15,804 nucleotides of DNA from a virus, in UHGV virus genome UHGV-0041830; one strand, 5' to 3'. The first letter of the stretch is position 1. The number at the start of each line of letters is the position of its first letter. A program made the position numbers and the translations under genes. This document shows positions 1 to 8,476 of the stretch, one piece after another. The notes below the pieces were generated by a model. It had not been told where the DNA came from. It searched no databases and saw only the letters and a program-made list of their open reading frames with translations.

Positions 1-1068
1 CTGTCCTGATTGATGTGAACGGCGTTCCGCTTCGGGAGAGCCTCAGCTACACCGGTGGCGGTGCAGGATTTGGCGGGCAAATGGCAGAGTGGTTGCCACC
101 CTCGCAGAGTGCCGATGCGGCCCTGCTGCCCGCGTTGCGTCTGGGGAATGCCCGTGCAGATGATCTGGTGCGCAATAACGGAATAGCGGCTAATGCGGTG
201 GCTCTGCATAAGGATCACATTGTCGGGCATATGTTTCTGATCAGCTACCGTCCGAACTGGCGCTGGCTGGGGATGCGGGAGACCGCGGCAAAAAGTTTTG
301 TCGATGAGGTGGAGGCGGCCTGGTCAGAATACGCAGAAGGGATGTTTGGTGAGATCGACGTGGAAGGGAAACGCACGTTTACGGAATTTATCCGTGAAGG
401 TGTGGGCGTTCATGCGTTTAACGGCGAAATCTTTGTGCAGCCGGTCTGGGATACGGAGAGTACGCAACTGTTTCGTACGCGTTTTAAAGCCGTGAGTCCG
501 AAACGGGTGGACACGCCAGGACACGGTATCGGGAACCGTTTTCTGCGGGCCGGTGTGGAGGTTGATCGATATGGCCGTGCCGTTGCGTACCATATCTGTG
601 AGGATGATTTTCCTCGCTCCGGGAGTGGACGATGGGAACGGATCCCGCGTGAACTACCCACCGGGCGTCCGGCCATGCTGCATATTTTCGAGCCGGTGGA
701 GGACGGGCAGACCCGTGGAGCCAATCAGTTTTACAGCGTTATGGAACGGCTGAAGATGCTGGATTCCCTGCAGGCAACACAGCTTCAGTCGGCCATAGTG
801 AAGGCGATGTATGCAGCGACGATTGAAAGTGAACTTGATACCGAAAAGGCCTTTGAATATATCGCCGGTGCGCCGCAGGGGCAGAAGGATAATCCGCTTA
901 TTAATATTCTGGATAAGTTCTCCACCTGGTATGACACGAATAGCGTGACGCTGGGCGGTGTCAAAATTCCGCACCTTTTCCCCGGTGATGATCTGAAACT
1001 TCAGACCGCGCAGGATTCAGACAATGGATTTTCGGCGCTTGAACAGGCGCTGCTGCGGTATATCGCCG
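1..1068 (+). CDS. B: Portal protein (lambda gpB-like), 5'-partial at window edge, 3' side cut by N10 gap
   Basis: Open frame from window start (frame of nt 3). Translation (VNGVPLRESLSYTGGGAGFGG...HICEDDFP...) matches the lambda portal protein B as I recall it. Position immediately upstream of C is as in lambda. Confidence 0.9.
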
Positions 1069-1078
1069 NNNNNNNNNN
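1069..1078. other. Assembly gap (N10); flanks 835-1068 and 1079-1312 are near-identical 234-bp copies with SNPs
   Basis: Run of 10 n. Sequence after the gap restarts at a point 234 bp before the gap (ttgataccgaaaaggcctttgaatatatcgcc...) with scattered substitutions. Confidence 0.95.
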
Positions 1079-1824
1079 TTGATACCGAAAAGGCCTTTGA
1101 ATATATCGCCGGCGCGCCACAGGAGCAGAAGGATAATCCGCTTATTAATATTCTGGAGAAGTTTTCCAGCTGGTATGACACGAATAACGTGACACTGGGC
1201 GGTGTCAAAATTCCGCACCTTTTCCCTGGTGATGATCTGAAACTACAGACTGCGCAGGATTCAGACAATGGATTTTCTGCGCTTGAACAGGCGCTGCTGC
1301 GGTATATCGCCGCCGGTCTTGGCGTTTCCTACGAACAGTTGTCCCGTGATTACTCGAAGGTCAGTTACTCAAGTGCCCGCGCCTCCGCCAATGAGTCGTG
1401 GCGCTATTTTATGGGGCGGCGAAAATTTATTGCGTCCCGGCTGGCCACGCAGATGTTTTCCTGCTGGCTGGAAGAGGCACTTCTTCGGGGGATTATTCGT
1501 CCGCCACGGGCACGTTTTGATTTTTATCAGGCGCGATCAGCCTGGTCACGGGCAGAGTGGATTGGTGCCGGAAGAATGGCCATTGACGGGCTCAAGGAAG
1601 TCCAGGAATCAGTGATGCGCATTGAGGCCGGACTGAGCACGTATGAGAAAGAGCTGGCGCTGATGGGCGAGGATTATCAGGACATTTTCCGCCAGCAGGT
1701 CAGGGAATCTGCAGAGCGGGAAAAAGCCGGACTCTCACGTCCGGTGTGGATAGCGCAGGCGTATCAGCAGCAGATAGCGGAGAGTCGCAGGCCGGAAGAG
1801 GAGACAACACCACGTGAGACGTAA
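1079..1824 (+). CDS. B: Portal protein gpB, C-terminal part on post-gap segment
   Basis: In-frame continuation of the portal sequence (codon boundary at 1081), stop TAA 1822-1824. The first ~78 codons repeat the last codons before the gap. Confidence 0.9.
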
Positions 1825-3297
1825 TCTTTCACACATTATTGCAGCAGCATTCAATGAACCGCTGCTTCTGGAGCCCGCCTATGCGCGGGTTTTCTTTTGC
1901 GCGCTGGGGCGCGAGATGGGGGCAGCAAGTCTTTCGGTACCACAACAGCAGGTACAGTTTGATGCTCCCGGAATGCTGGCTGAAACGGACGAGTACATGG
2001 CCGGAGGTAAACGACCGGCCCGTGTTTACCGGGTGGTGAACGGTATTGCGGTACTGCCGGTGACCGGCACGCTGGTGCACCGGCTGGGTGGTATGCGGCC
2101 ATTTTCCGGAATGACAGGCTATGACGGCATTGTCGCCTGTCTTCAGCAGGCAATGGCGGATAGCCAGGTGCGGGGCGTACTGCTGGACATTGACAGTCCG
2201 GGCGGGCAGGCCGCCGGCGCGTTTGACTGCGCTGACATGATTTACCGCCTCCGTCAGCAGAAGCCGGTCTGGGCACTGTGCAATGACACGGCCTGTTCTG
2301 CAGCCATGCTGCTGGCGTCGGCCTGCTCCCGACGGCTGGTTACCCAGACATCCCGTATCGGTTCCATTGGCGTGATGATGAGCCATGTCAGCTATGCCGG
2401 TCATCTGGCGCAGGCCGGTGTGGATATCACGCTGATTTACTCAGGGGCGCACAAGGTGGATGGCAATCAGTTTGAAGCGTTGCCGGCAGAGGTTCGCCAG
2501 GACATGCAGCAGCGGATTGATGCGGCGCGCCGGATGTTTGCCGAAAAAGTGGCGATGTATACCGGTCTGTCTGTTGATGCAGTCACGGGAACAGAGGCCG
2601 CTGTTTTTGAAGGTCAGTCCGGCATTGAGGCCGGGCTGGCGGATGAATTAATCAATGCGTCGGATGCCATCAGTGTGATGGCCACGGCGCTGAACAGTAA
2701 TGTCAGAGGAGGCACTATGCCGCAATTAACTGCAACGGAAGCCGCCGTGCAGGAGAACCAGCGAGTGATGGGGATCCTGACATGCCAGGAAGCGAAAGGA
2801 CGTGAACAGCTTGCCACGATGCTGGCAGGACAACAGGGCATGAGCGTTGAACAGGCCCGGGCGATTCTGGCCGCGGCGGCACCGCAGCAGCCGGTGGCAT
2901 CCGCGCAGAGTGAAGCCGATCGCATTATGGCGTGTGAAGAAGCGAACGGTCGTGAACAACTGGCGGCAACGCTGGCGGCGATGCCGGAGATGACGGTGGA
3001 AAAAGCCCGCCCGATCCTGGCGGCTGCACCACTGGCGGATGCCGGGCCCTCGCTTCGTGATCAGATCATGGCCCTGGATGAGGCAAAAGGGGCAGAAGCG
3101 CAGGCTGAAAAACTGGCGGCCTGCCCGGGAATGACCGTGGAGAACGCCCGGGCTGTGCTGGCTGCGGGATCAGGTAAGGCAGAACCGGTCTCTGCATCCA
3201 CAACCGCCATGTTTGAACATTTCATGGCGAACCATTCACCGGCAGCGGTACAGGGTGGCGTGGCACAGACGTCAGCAGACGGTGATGCGGACGTGAA
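1814..3297 (+). CDS. C: Prohead protease/scaffold gpC (ClpP/S49-like serine peptidase family), 3' side cut by N10 gap
   Basis: GTG start at 1814 overlapping the portal stop by 11 nt. N-terminus RRNLSHIIAAAFNEPLLLEPAYARVFFCALG resembles lambda C (MTAELRNLPHIASMAFNEPLMLEPAYARVFFCAL...). C-terminal third carries Nu3-like repeats. Confidence 0.88.
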
Positions 3298-3307
3298 NNN
3301 NNNNNNN
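3298..3307. other. Assembly gap (N10); flanks 2988-3297 and 3308-3617 are ~310-bp near-identical copies
   Basis: Run of 10 n. Post-gap sequence agatgacggtggaaaaagcccgcccgatcctgg... repeats 2988 onward with roughly 8% substitutions. Confidence 0.95.
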
Positions 3308-3639
3308 AGATGACGGTGGAAAAAGCCCGCCCGATCCTGGCTGCTTCACCGCAGGCGGATGCCGGACCATCACTCCGTGATCAGATCATGGCACTGGATG
3401 AGGCAAAAGGGGCTGAGGCGCAGGCTGAACAGCTGGCTGCCTGCCCGGGAATGACAGTGGAGAGCGCCCGGGCTGTGCTGGCTGCGGGATCAGGTAAGGC
3501 CGAACCGGTCTCTGCATCCACAACCGCCCTGTTTGAACATTTCATGGCGAATCATTCACCGGCAGCGGTGCGGGGTGGCGTGTCACAGACGTCAGCAGAC
3601 GGTGATGCGGACGTGAAAATGCTCATGGCCATGCCATGA
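3308..3639 (+). CDS. nu3: 3' end of gpC / Nu3 scaffolding region (post-gap segment, 5'-partial)
   Basis: Codon boundary at 3310, stop TGA 3637-3639. Translation (...LRDQIMALDEAKGAEAQAEQLAACPGMTVESARAVLAAG...ADGDADVKMLMAMP) matches the pre-gap C tail and the lambda C/Nu3 C-terminus. Confidence 0.78.
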
Positions 3640-3675
3640 AGTCAGTGCTGACCATCAATATGAGGTTTTAACAAA

Positions 3676-4023
3676 ATGGTGACGAAAACCATCACTGAAC
3701 AGCGTGCGGAAGTACGTATTTTTGCCGGTAATGATCCGGCTCATACCGCCACAGGCAGCAGCGGGATTTCCTCGCCAACACCGGCACTGACGCCCCTGAT
3801 GCTGGATGAAGCCACCGGGAAACTGGTGGTCTGGGATGGACAGAAAGCCGGTAGTGCGGTTGGCATACTGGTACTGCCGCTTGAAGGCACAGAGACGGTG
3901 CTGACCTATTACAAGTCGGGGACCTTTGCGACGGAGGCAATCCGCTGGCCTGACAGTGTGGATGAACACAAAAAGGCAAATGCCTTTGCCGGCACAGCCC
4001 TGAGTCACGCGGCTCTGCCGTAA
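3676..4023 (+). CDS. D: Head decoration protein gpD
   Basis: 115 aa. GAGG Shine-Dalgarno ~10 nt upstream of ATG. Motifs NDPAHTATG, TPLMLD, KLVVWDG, AVGIL, YKSGTF, KANAFAGTA match lambda D (110 aa). Confidence 0.92.
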   Translation: MVTKTITEQRAEVRIFAGNDPAHTATGSSGISSPTPALTPLMLDEATGKLVVWDGQKAGSAVGILVLPLEGTETVLTYYKSGTFATEAIRWPDSVDEHKKANAFAGTALSHAALP

Positions 4024-4080
4024 CACGTTATCAGGCCACCATGGTGACCTGACTGATTTCTGAATGAAAGGAACTGATTT

Positions 4081-5109
4081 ATGGGATTGTTTACGACCCG
4101 CCAGTTACTCGGTTATACCGAACAAAAAGTTAAATTTCGTGCGCTGTTTCTGGAGCTGTTTTTCCGCCGTACGGTGAATTTCCACACCGAAGAGGTGATG
4201 CTGGACAAAATTACCGGAAAAACGCCGGTGGCGGCCTATGTCTCCCCGATCGTTGAAGGAAAAGTGCTTCGCCATCGCGGTGGTGAAACCCGCGTGTTAC
4301 GTCCGGGCTACGTCAAGCCGAAACACGAATTTAATTACCAGCAGGCGGTTGAGCGCCTTCCTGGTGAAGATCCGGCTCAGCTGAACGACCCGGCCTACCG
4401 TCGTCTGCGTATCATTACCGATAACCTCAAACAGGAAGAGCACGCCATTGTCCAGGTGGAAGAAATGCAGGCGGTGAATGCCGTGCTGTATGGCAAATAC
4501 ACCATGGAAGGGGATCAGTTTGATACTGTCGAGGTGGATTTCGGGCGCTCTGAAGGAAATAACATTGAGCAGGCTGACGGTAAAAAATGGTCTGAGCAGG
4601 ACCGTGATACGTTTGATCCGACGCATGATATTGACCTCTACTGCGATCAGGCCAGCGGCCTTGTGAATATCGCCATTATGGACGGTACGGTCTGGCGTCT
4701 GCTGAATGGCTTTAAGCTGTTCCGCGAAAAACTGGATACCCGTCGCGGCTCAAATTCACAACTCGAAACGGCAGTGAAAGATCTGGGCGCAGTGGTGTCC
4801 TTCAAGGGGTATTACGGCGATCTGGCCATTGTGGTGGCGAAAACGTCTTATGTGGCAGAGGACGGTACCGAAAAACGTTATCTGCCGGAGGGCATGCTGG
4901 TGTTGGGGAATACGGCGGCAGAGGGGATTCGTTGCTATGGTGCCATTAAGGATGCACAGGCGTTGTCTGAAGGAGTGGTGGCTTCTTCCCGTTACCCGAA
5001 ACACTGGCTGACCGTGGGCGATCCGTCCTGTGAATTCACCATGACGCAGTCCGCTCCGCTGATGGTGCTGCCGGATCCGGATGAGTTTGTGGTGGTACAG
5101 GTGAAATAA
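4081..5109 (+). CDS. E: Major capsid protein gpE
   Basis: 342 aa (lambda E 341 aa). AAAGGA RBS. Long identical stretches to lambda E (YVSPIV, PGYVKPKHE, DPAYRR, IVQVEEMQAV, KLDTRRGSNS, LETAVKDLG, TMTQSAPLM, LPDPDEFV). Confidence 0.95.
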   Translation: MGLFTTRQLLGYTEQKVKFRALFLELFFRRTVNFHTEEVMLDKITGKTPVAAYVSPIVEGKVLRHRGGETRVLRPGYVKPKHEFNYQQAVERLPGEDPAQLNDPAYRRLRIITDNLKQEEHAIVQVEEMQAVNAVLYGKYTMEGDQFDTVEVDFGRSEGNNIEQADGKKWSEQDRDTFDPTHDIDLYCDQASGLVNIAIMDGTVWRLLNGFKLFREKLDTRRGSNSQLETAVKDLGAVVSFKGYYGDLAIVVAKTSYVAEDGTEKRYLPEGMLVLGNTAAEGIRCYGAIKDAQALSEGVVASSRYPKHWLTVGDPSCEFTMTQSAPLMVLPDPDEFVVVQVK

Positions 5110-5117
5110 TCCGTGAG

Positions 5118-5146
5118 CGGGGGCGAAATGCCCCCGTGTCTTTTTT
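5118..5146 (+). terminator. Intrinsic-terminator-like hairpin downstream of the major capsid gene
   Basis: Stem CGGGGGC (5118-5124), loop GAAAT, stem GCCCCCG (5130-5136), then TGTC followed by TTTTTT (5141-5146), 9 nt after the E stop codon. Confidence 0.5.
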
Positions 5147-5160
5147 CACAGGAGGCTGAG

Positions 5161-5544
5161 ATGGCAACAAAAGAAGAAAATCTGAATCGTCTTCGTCAAC
5201 TGGCTGACCTGCTGGGGCGCGAGGCGGATATGTCGGGGAGTGCTGCGGATATTGCTCAACGTGTGTCTGAGTGGGAAGAGGAGCTTGCTGTTTCCCCGGA
5301 GGGCATTATGCACTCTGATGAGAGCGGGGCTGATCAAAATCACACAGACGATGGTGAGCAGTTGAACAACACGGATGCTCCGGATGATGTTAAAGCCGTC
5401 CGGGTACGGAAGTGCCTGCAAGTAATGGGGTATTGCCCGGAGACAGGTCGTCCCGTTGAGCTGGCGTTACGGGGTATGCGTGTTCTGGTGCCATCATCAC
5501 TGGCAACGGCCATGATACAGCACGGAACGGCTGAATATGCGTGA
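5161..5544 (+). CDS. FI: DNA packaging / head assembly protein FI
   Basis: ATG at 5161 preceded by AGGAGG. Size and position match lambda FI (132 aa). The ORF-track start at 5113 would read through the terminator hairpin and is not used. Confidence 0.8.
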   Translation: MATKEENLNRLRQLADLLGREADMSGSAADIAQRVSEWEEELAVSPEGIMHSDESGADQNHTDDGEQLNNTDAPDDVKAVRVRKCLQVMGYCPETGRPVELALRGMRVLVPSSLATAMIQHGTAEYA

Positions 5545-5890
5545 TTTTCAGAATGCCTTTGATGCTGCCCTCGCCGGGGTAGACAGTACGATCGTTGAAG
5601 TGATGGGGCTCTGTGCGCAGTTCACCTCGGGGGCACAGTGTGGCAGCGAAGTTCAGGGGGTTTTTGATGATCCGGAGTCGCTGGGGTTTGCCGGTGGCGG
5701 GGTCCGTATTGAAGGAAGCAGCCCGTCATTATTTGTGCGGACGGATACGGTTCGTGCCGTGCGGCGTGGTGACACGCTGACCATTAATGGTGAGATATTC
5801 TGGGTGGATCGTGTTTCTCCGGATGACGGGGGCAGCTGTTATCTCTGGCTCAACCGTGGTCAACCACCCGCAGTTAACCGGCGACGATAA
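5537..5890 (+). CDS. FII: Head-tail connector / head completion protein FII
   Basis: 117 aa, same length as lambda FII. GVFDDPE, GVRIEGSSPSLFVRTD, RRGDTLTI, FWVDRVSPDDGGSC, LWL, PPAVNRRR all match. Start overlaps the FI stop by 8 nt. Confidence 0.92.
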   Translation: MRDFQNAFDAALAGVDSTIVEVMGLCAQFTSGAQCGSEVQGVFDDPESLGFAGGGVRIEGSSPSLFVRTDTVRAVRRGDTLTINGEIFWVDRVSPDDGGSCYLWLNRGQPPAVNRRR

Positions 5891-5905
5891 ACGCAGGGTG
5901 AAATT

Positions 5906-6439
5906 ATGGCGATAAAAGGGCTTGATCAGGCGATTGACAATCTGAGCCGGGTTCGTAAAAACGCCATTCCGGCGGCTTCAGCAATGGCCATTAACCGCGT
6001 GGCCACAACGGCGATTAATCAGTCTTCATCACAGGTTGCCCGGGAGACAAAGGTTCGCCGGAAACTGGTTAAGGAACGGTCCAGACTGAAACGGGCGACG
6101 GTCAGAAATCCGAATGCCAGAATTATCGTTAACCGCGGTGATCTCCCTGTGATTAAGCTGGGGATCAGGATGCTGGGGCGTCGCCCGAACAGCATACTTA
6201 AAGCCGGTCAGCATCGGTATCAGCGGGCATTTATTCAGAGATTAAAAAATGGTCGCTGGCATGTCATGCAGCGTGTGGCCGGGAAAAACCGTTACCCCAT
6301 TGATGTGGTGAAAATCCCGATGGCGGCCCCACTGAAACAGGCATTTGATGAGAATGTTGACCGTATCCGGCGTGAACGCCTGCCTAAAGAACTGGCATAC
6401 GCGCTGAAACAACAACTGAGGATTGCAATAAAACGATGA
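5906..6439 (+). CDS. Z: Tail completion protein Z
   Basis: 177 aa basic protein in the lambda Z position between FII and U. AGGGTG RBS. Stop overlaps the U start (ATGA). Confidence 0.88.
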   Translation: MAIKGLDQAIDNLSRVRKNAIPAASAMAINRVATTAINQSSSQVARETKVRRKLVKERSRLKRATVRNPNARIIVNRGDLPVIKLGIRMLGRRPNSILKAGQHRYQRAFIQRLKNGRWHVMQRVAGKNRYPIDVVKIPMAAPLKQAFDENVDRIRRERLPKELAYALKQQLRIAIKR

Positions 6440-6831
6440 AACACACTGACATTCGTGCCGCAGTGCTGGATGCACTCGAGCAGCATGAACACGGGGCGAC
6501 GCTGTTTGATGGTCGCCCCGTTGTTTTTGACGAAGAGGATTTTCCTGCGATCGCGGTTTATCTGACGGATGCAGAGTATACCGGTGAAGAGCTGGATGCA
6601 GATACCTGGCGGGCCACGCTGCATATTGAGGTGTTTTTACCGGCACAGGTACCGGATTCAGAGCTTGATCAGTGGATGGAAAGCCGGATTTACCCGGCGA
6701 TGACCGCGATCCCGGCACTGGCAGGACTGATTACCACGATGGTTACGCAGGGCTATGAGTATCGTCGTGATGACGATATGGCGTTATGGAGTTCTGCAGA
6801 TCTGACTTATTCCATTACATACGAGATGTGA
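6436..6831 (+). CDS. U: Tail tube terminator protein U
   Basis: 131 aa, same length as lambda U. ATGA overlap with Z, positioned just upstream of V. Confidence 0.9.
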   Translation: MKHTDIRAAVLDALEQHEHGATLFDGRPVVFDEEDFPAIAVYLTDAEYTGEELDADTWRATLHIEVFLPAQVPDSELDQWMESRIYPAMTAIPALAGLITTMVTQGYEYRRDDDMALWSSADLTYSITYEM

Positions 6832-6838
6832 GGACGAT

Positions 6839-7591
6839 ATGGCAACACCAAATCCCCTTGAGCCGGTAAAAGGTGCCGGTACCACTCTGTGGGTTTACAA
6901 CGGCAAGGGTGATGCTTATGCAAACCCGTTGTCAGACGATGACTGGCAGCGACTGGCTAAGGTGAAGGATCTGACGCCGGGCGAGATGACGGCAGAATCC
7001 TACGATGATAACTACCTGGATGATGAAGACGCGGACTGGACCGCGACCGGGCAGGGGCAGAAATCTGCAGGTGATACCAGTTTTACGCTGGCCTGGAAAC
7101 CGGGAGAGGAAGGCCAGAAAGGGCTTATAGGCTGGTTTGAAAGCGGCGATGTCCGGGCCTATAAAATCCGTTTTCCGAATGGCACGGTGGATGTGTTTCG
7201 TGGCTGGGTCAGCAGTATCGGTAAGGCCGTGACGGCGAAAGAAGTGATCACCCGCACGGTGAAAGTCACTAACGTGGGTAAACCTTCTGTAGCGGAAGAA
7301 CGCAGCAAAATTACGCCGGTCAGTGCGATTAAGGTGACGCCGACATCCGGTACGGTGGCAAAAGGGAAAACAACCACCCTGACGGTTTCTTTTGAGCCGG
7401 AAAGTGCAACCGACAAGACGTTCAGAGCGGTTTCCGCCGATCCGTCGAAAGCCACCATTAGTGTGAAAGATATGACAATTACGGTAAACGGCGTGGCGAC
7501 AGGTAAGGTGCAGATCCCTGTGGTGAGCGGAAATGGTCAGTTCGCCGCAGTGGCTGAAGTCACCGTTACTGAAGCGGGCGCTGCAGGGTAA
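6839..7591 (+). CDS. V: Major tail tube protein V with C-terminal Ig-like domain
   Basis: 250 aa (lambda V 246 aa). GAGGA RBS. The C-terminal ~90 aa ([38 protein letters not shown]...) has the alternating-residue pattern of a bacterial Ig-like (Big_2) domain, as in lambda gpV. Confidence 0.92.
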   Translation: MATPNPLEPVKGAGTTLWVYNGKGDAYANPLSDDDWQRLAKVKDLTPGEMTAESYDDNYLDDEDADWTATGQGQKSAGDTSFTLAWKPGEEGQKGLIGWFESGDVRAYKIRFPNGTVDVFRGWVSSIGKAVTAKEVITRTVKVTNVGKPSVAEERSKITPVSAIKVTPTSGTVAKGKTTTLTVSFEPESATDKTFRAVSADPSKATISVKDMTITVNGVATGKVQIPVVSGNGQFAAVAEVTVTEAGAAG

Positions 7592-7604
7592 ACGGAGGTA
7601 ATAC

Positions 7605-8036
7605 ATGTTTCTGAAAACAGAACAATTTGAATATAACGGTGTGTCTGTCACGCTTTCCGAATTGTCTGCGCTGCAGCGTATCGAGCATCTTGCCCTCCTG
7701 AAACGGCGTGCAGAACAGGCAGAATCCTGCGGCAACCTGCAGGTAAGCGTGGAAGATCTCGTCAGAACCGGCGCGTTTCTGGTGGCGATGTCCCTGTGGC
7801 ATAACCATCCACAGAAAACGCAGTCACCGTCAATGAATGAGGCCGTGATGAAGATAGAGCAGGAAGTGCTCACCACCTGGCCTGCCGATGCCATTGCCCG
7901 GGCGGAAGACGTGGTGTTGTGCCTGTCCGGGATGATCGAAGCTGTTCGTCCGGATACTGATATTACTGAAGTGGCGAAAAATAACACGCTGACTGATGAT
8001 GATTTTTCTGCGGGAAAGTCTTCGACGGCGAGCTGA
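7605..8036 (+). CDS. G: Tail assembly chaperone G
   Basis: 143 aa (lambda G 140 aa). GGAGG RBS. The C-terminus contains the slippery heptamer G_GGA_AAG in the zero frame. Confidence 0.9.
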   Translation: MFLKTEQFEYNGVSVTLSELSALQRIEHLALLKRRAEQAESCGNLQVSVEDLVRTGAFLVAMSLWHNHPQKTQSPSMNEAVMKIEQEVLTTWPADAIARAEDVVLCLSGMIEAVRPDTDITEVAKNNTLTDDDFSAGKSSTAS

Positions 8037-8476
8037 ACTTTGCCCTCAGACTGGCGCGTGAGATGGGGAGACCCGACTGGCGCGCCATGCTTGCCGGGAT
8101 GACATCCACCGAATATGCCGACTGGCACCGTTTTTACCGCACGCATTATTTTCAGGATACCCAGCTGGATATGCATTTTTCCGGGCTGACGTACGCTGTA
8201 CTCAGCCTGTTTTTTTGCGATCCGGATATGCATCCCTCTGATTTCAGTCTGCTTGTCCCCCGGCATGAGGAAGAGCAGGTGGAGAGGCCGGATGAGGACA
8301 AAATGCTGATGCAGAAAGCGGCAGGACTTGCCGGAGGCGTCCGGTTCGGTGGGGACGGAGGGCGCGATATTTTATCGTCTGCGGATGTGGCGGATGTCAT
8401 GGTGGATGATGCCGCATTAATGATGGCTTCAGCGGGGATTCCGGGAGGTGTGAGATATGTCCCAGCCGGTTGGTGA
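7605..8476 (+). CDS. T: Tail assembly chaperone G-T fusion made by programmed -1 ribosomal frameshift (join 7605..8018, 8018..8476)
   Basis: Slippery site GGGAAAG at 8012-8018 with GGA and AAG as zero-frame codons. The -1 frame is open from 8018 to TGA at 8474-8476 and encodes KVFDGELNFALRLAREMGRPDWRAMLAGMTSTEYADWHRFY... Same arrangement as lambda G/T. Confidence 0.85.

Noticed and set aside
835-1312. Interpreting the gap-flanking duplications as genuine tandem direct repeats, att sites or IS target duplications
   Set aside because: Each duplication abuts an N10 run exactly, lies inside conserved structural genes, and differs by scattered SNPs. Real tandem duplication would disrupt B, C, H and J in an otherwise intact operon, so contig-overlap scaffolding is more parsimonious.
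1829-2404. 191-aa minus-strand ORF and several alternative-frame plus-strand ORFs inside C and B (for example 1268-1615, 298-495)
   Set aside because: They are embedded in the portal and protease genes. Their translations are low-complexity and they have no independent start signals.
5113-5160. Upstream extension of FI starting at 5113 as given in the ORF track
   Set aside because: It would begin 3 nt after the E stop and be translated through a stable GC hairpin and T-tract. ATG 5161 has a canonical AGGAGG RBS.
6932-8266. 444-aa ORF on the minus strand overlapping V, G and T
   Set aside because: It lies antisense to three genes with clear lambda homologs. High-GC phage DNA routinely yields long spurious antisense ORFs. 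No RBS or recognisable motif; Arg/Cys-rich low-complexity translation.
8063-8476. Independent gene T starting at the ATG at 8063
   Set aside because: No RBS. The frame is open upstream to the slippery site, and in lambda T is expressed only as the G-T frameshift product.
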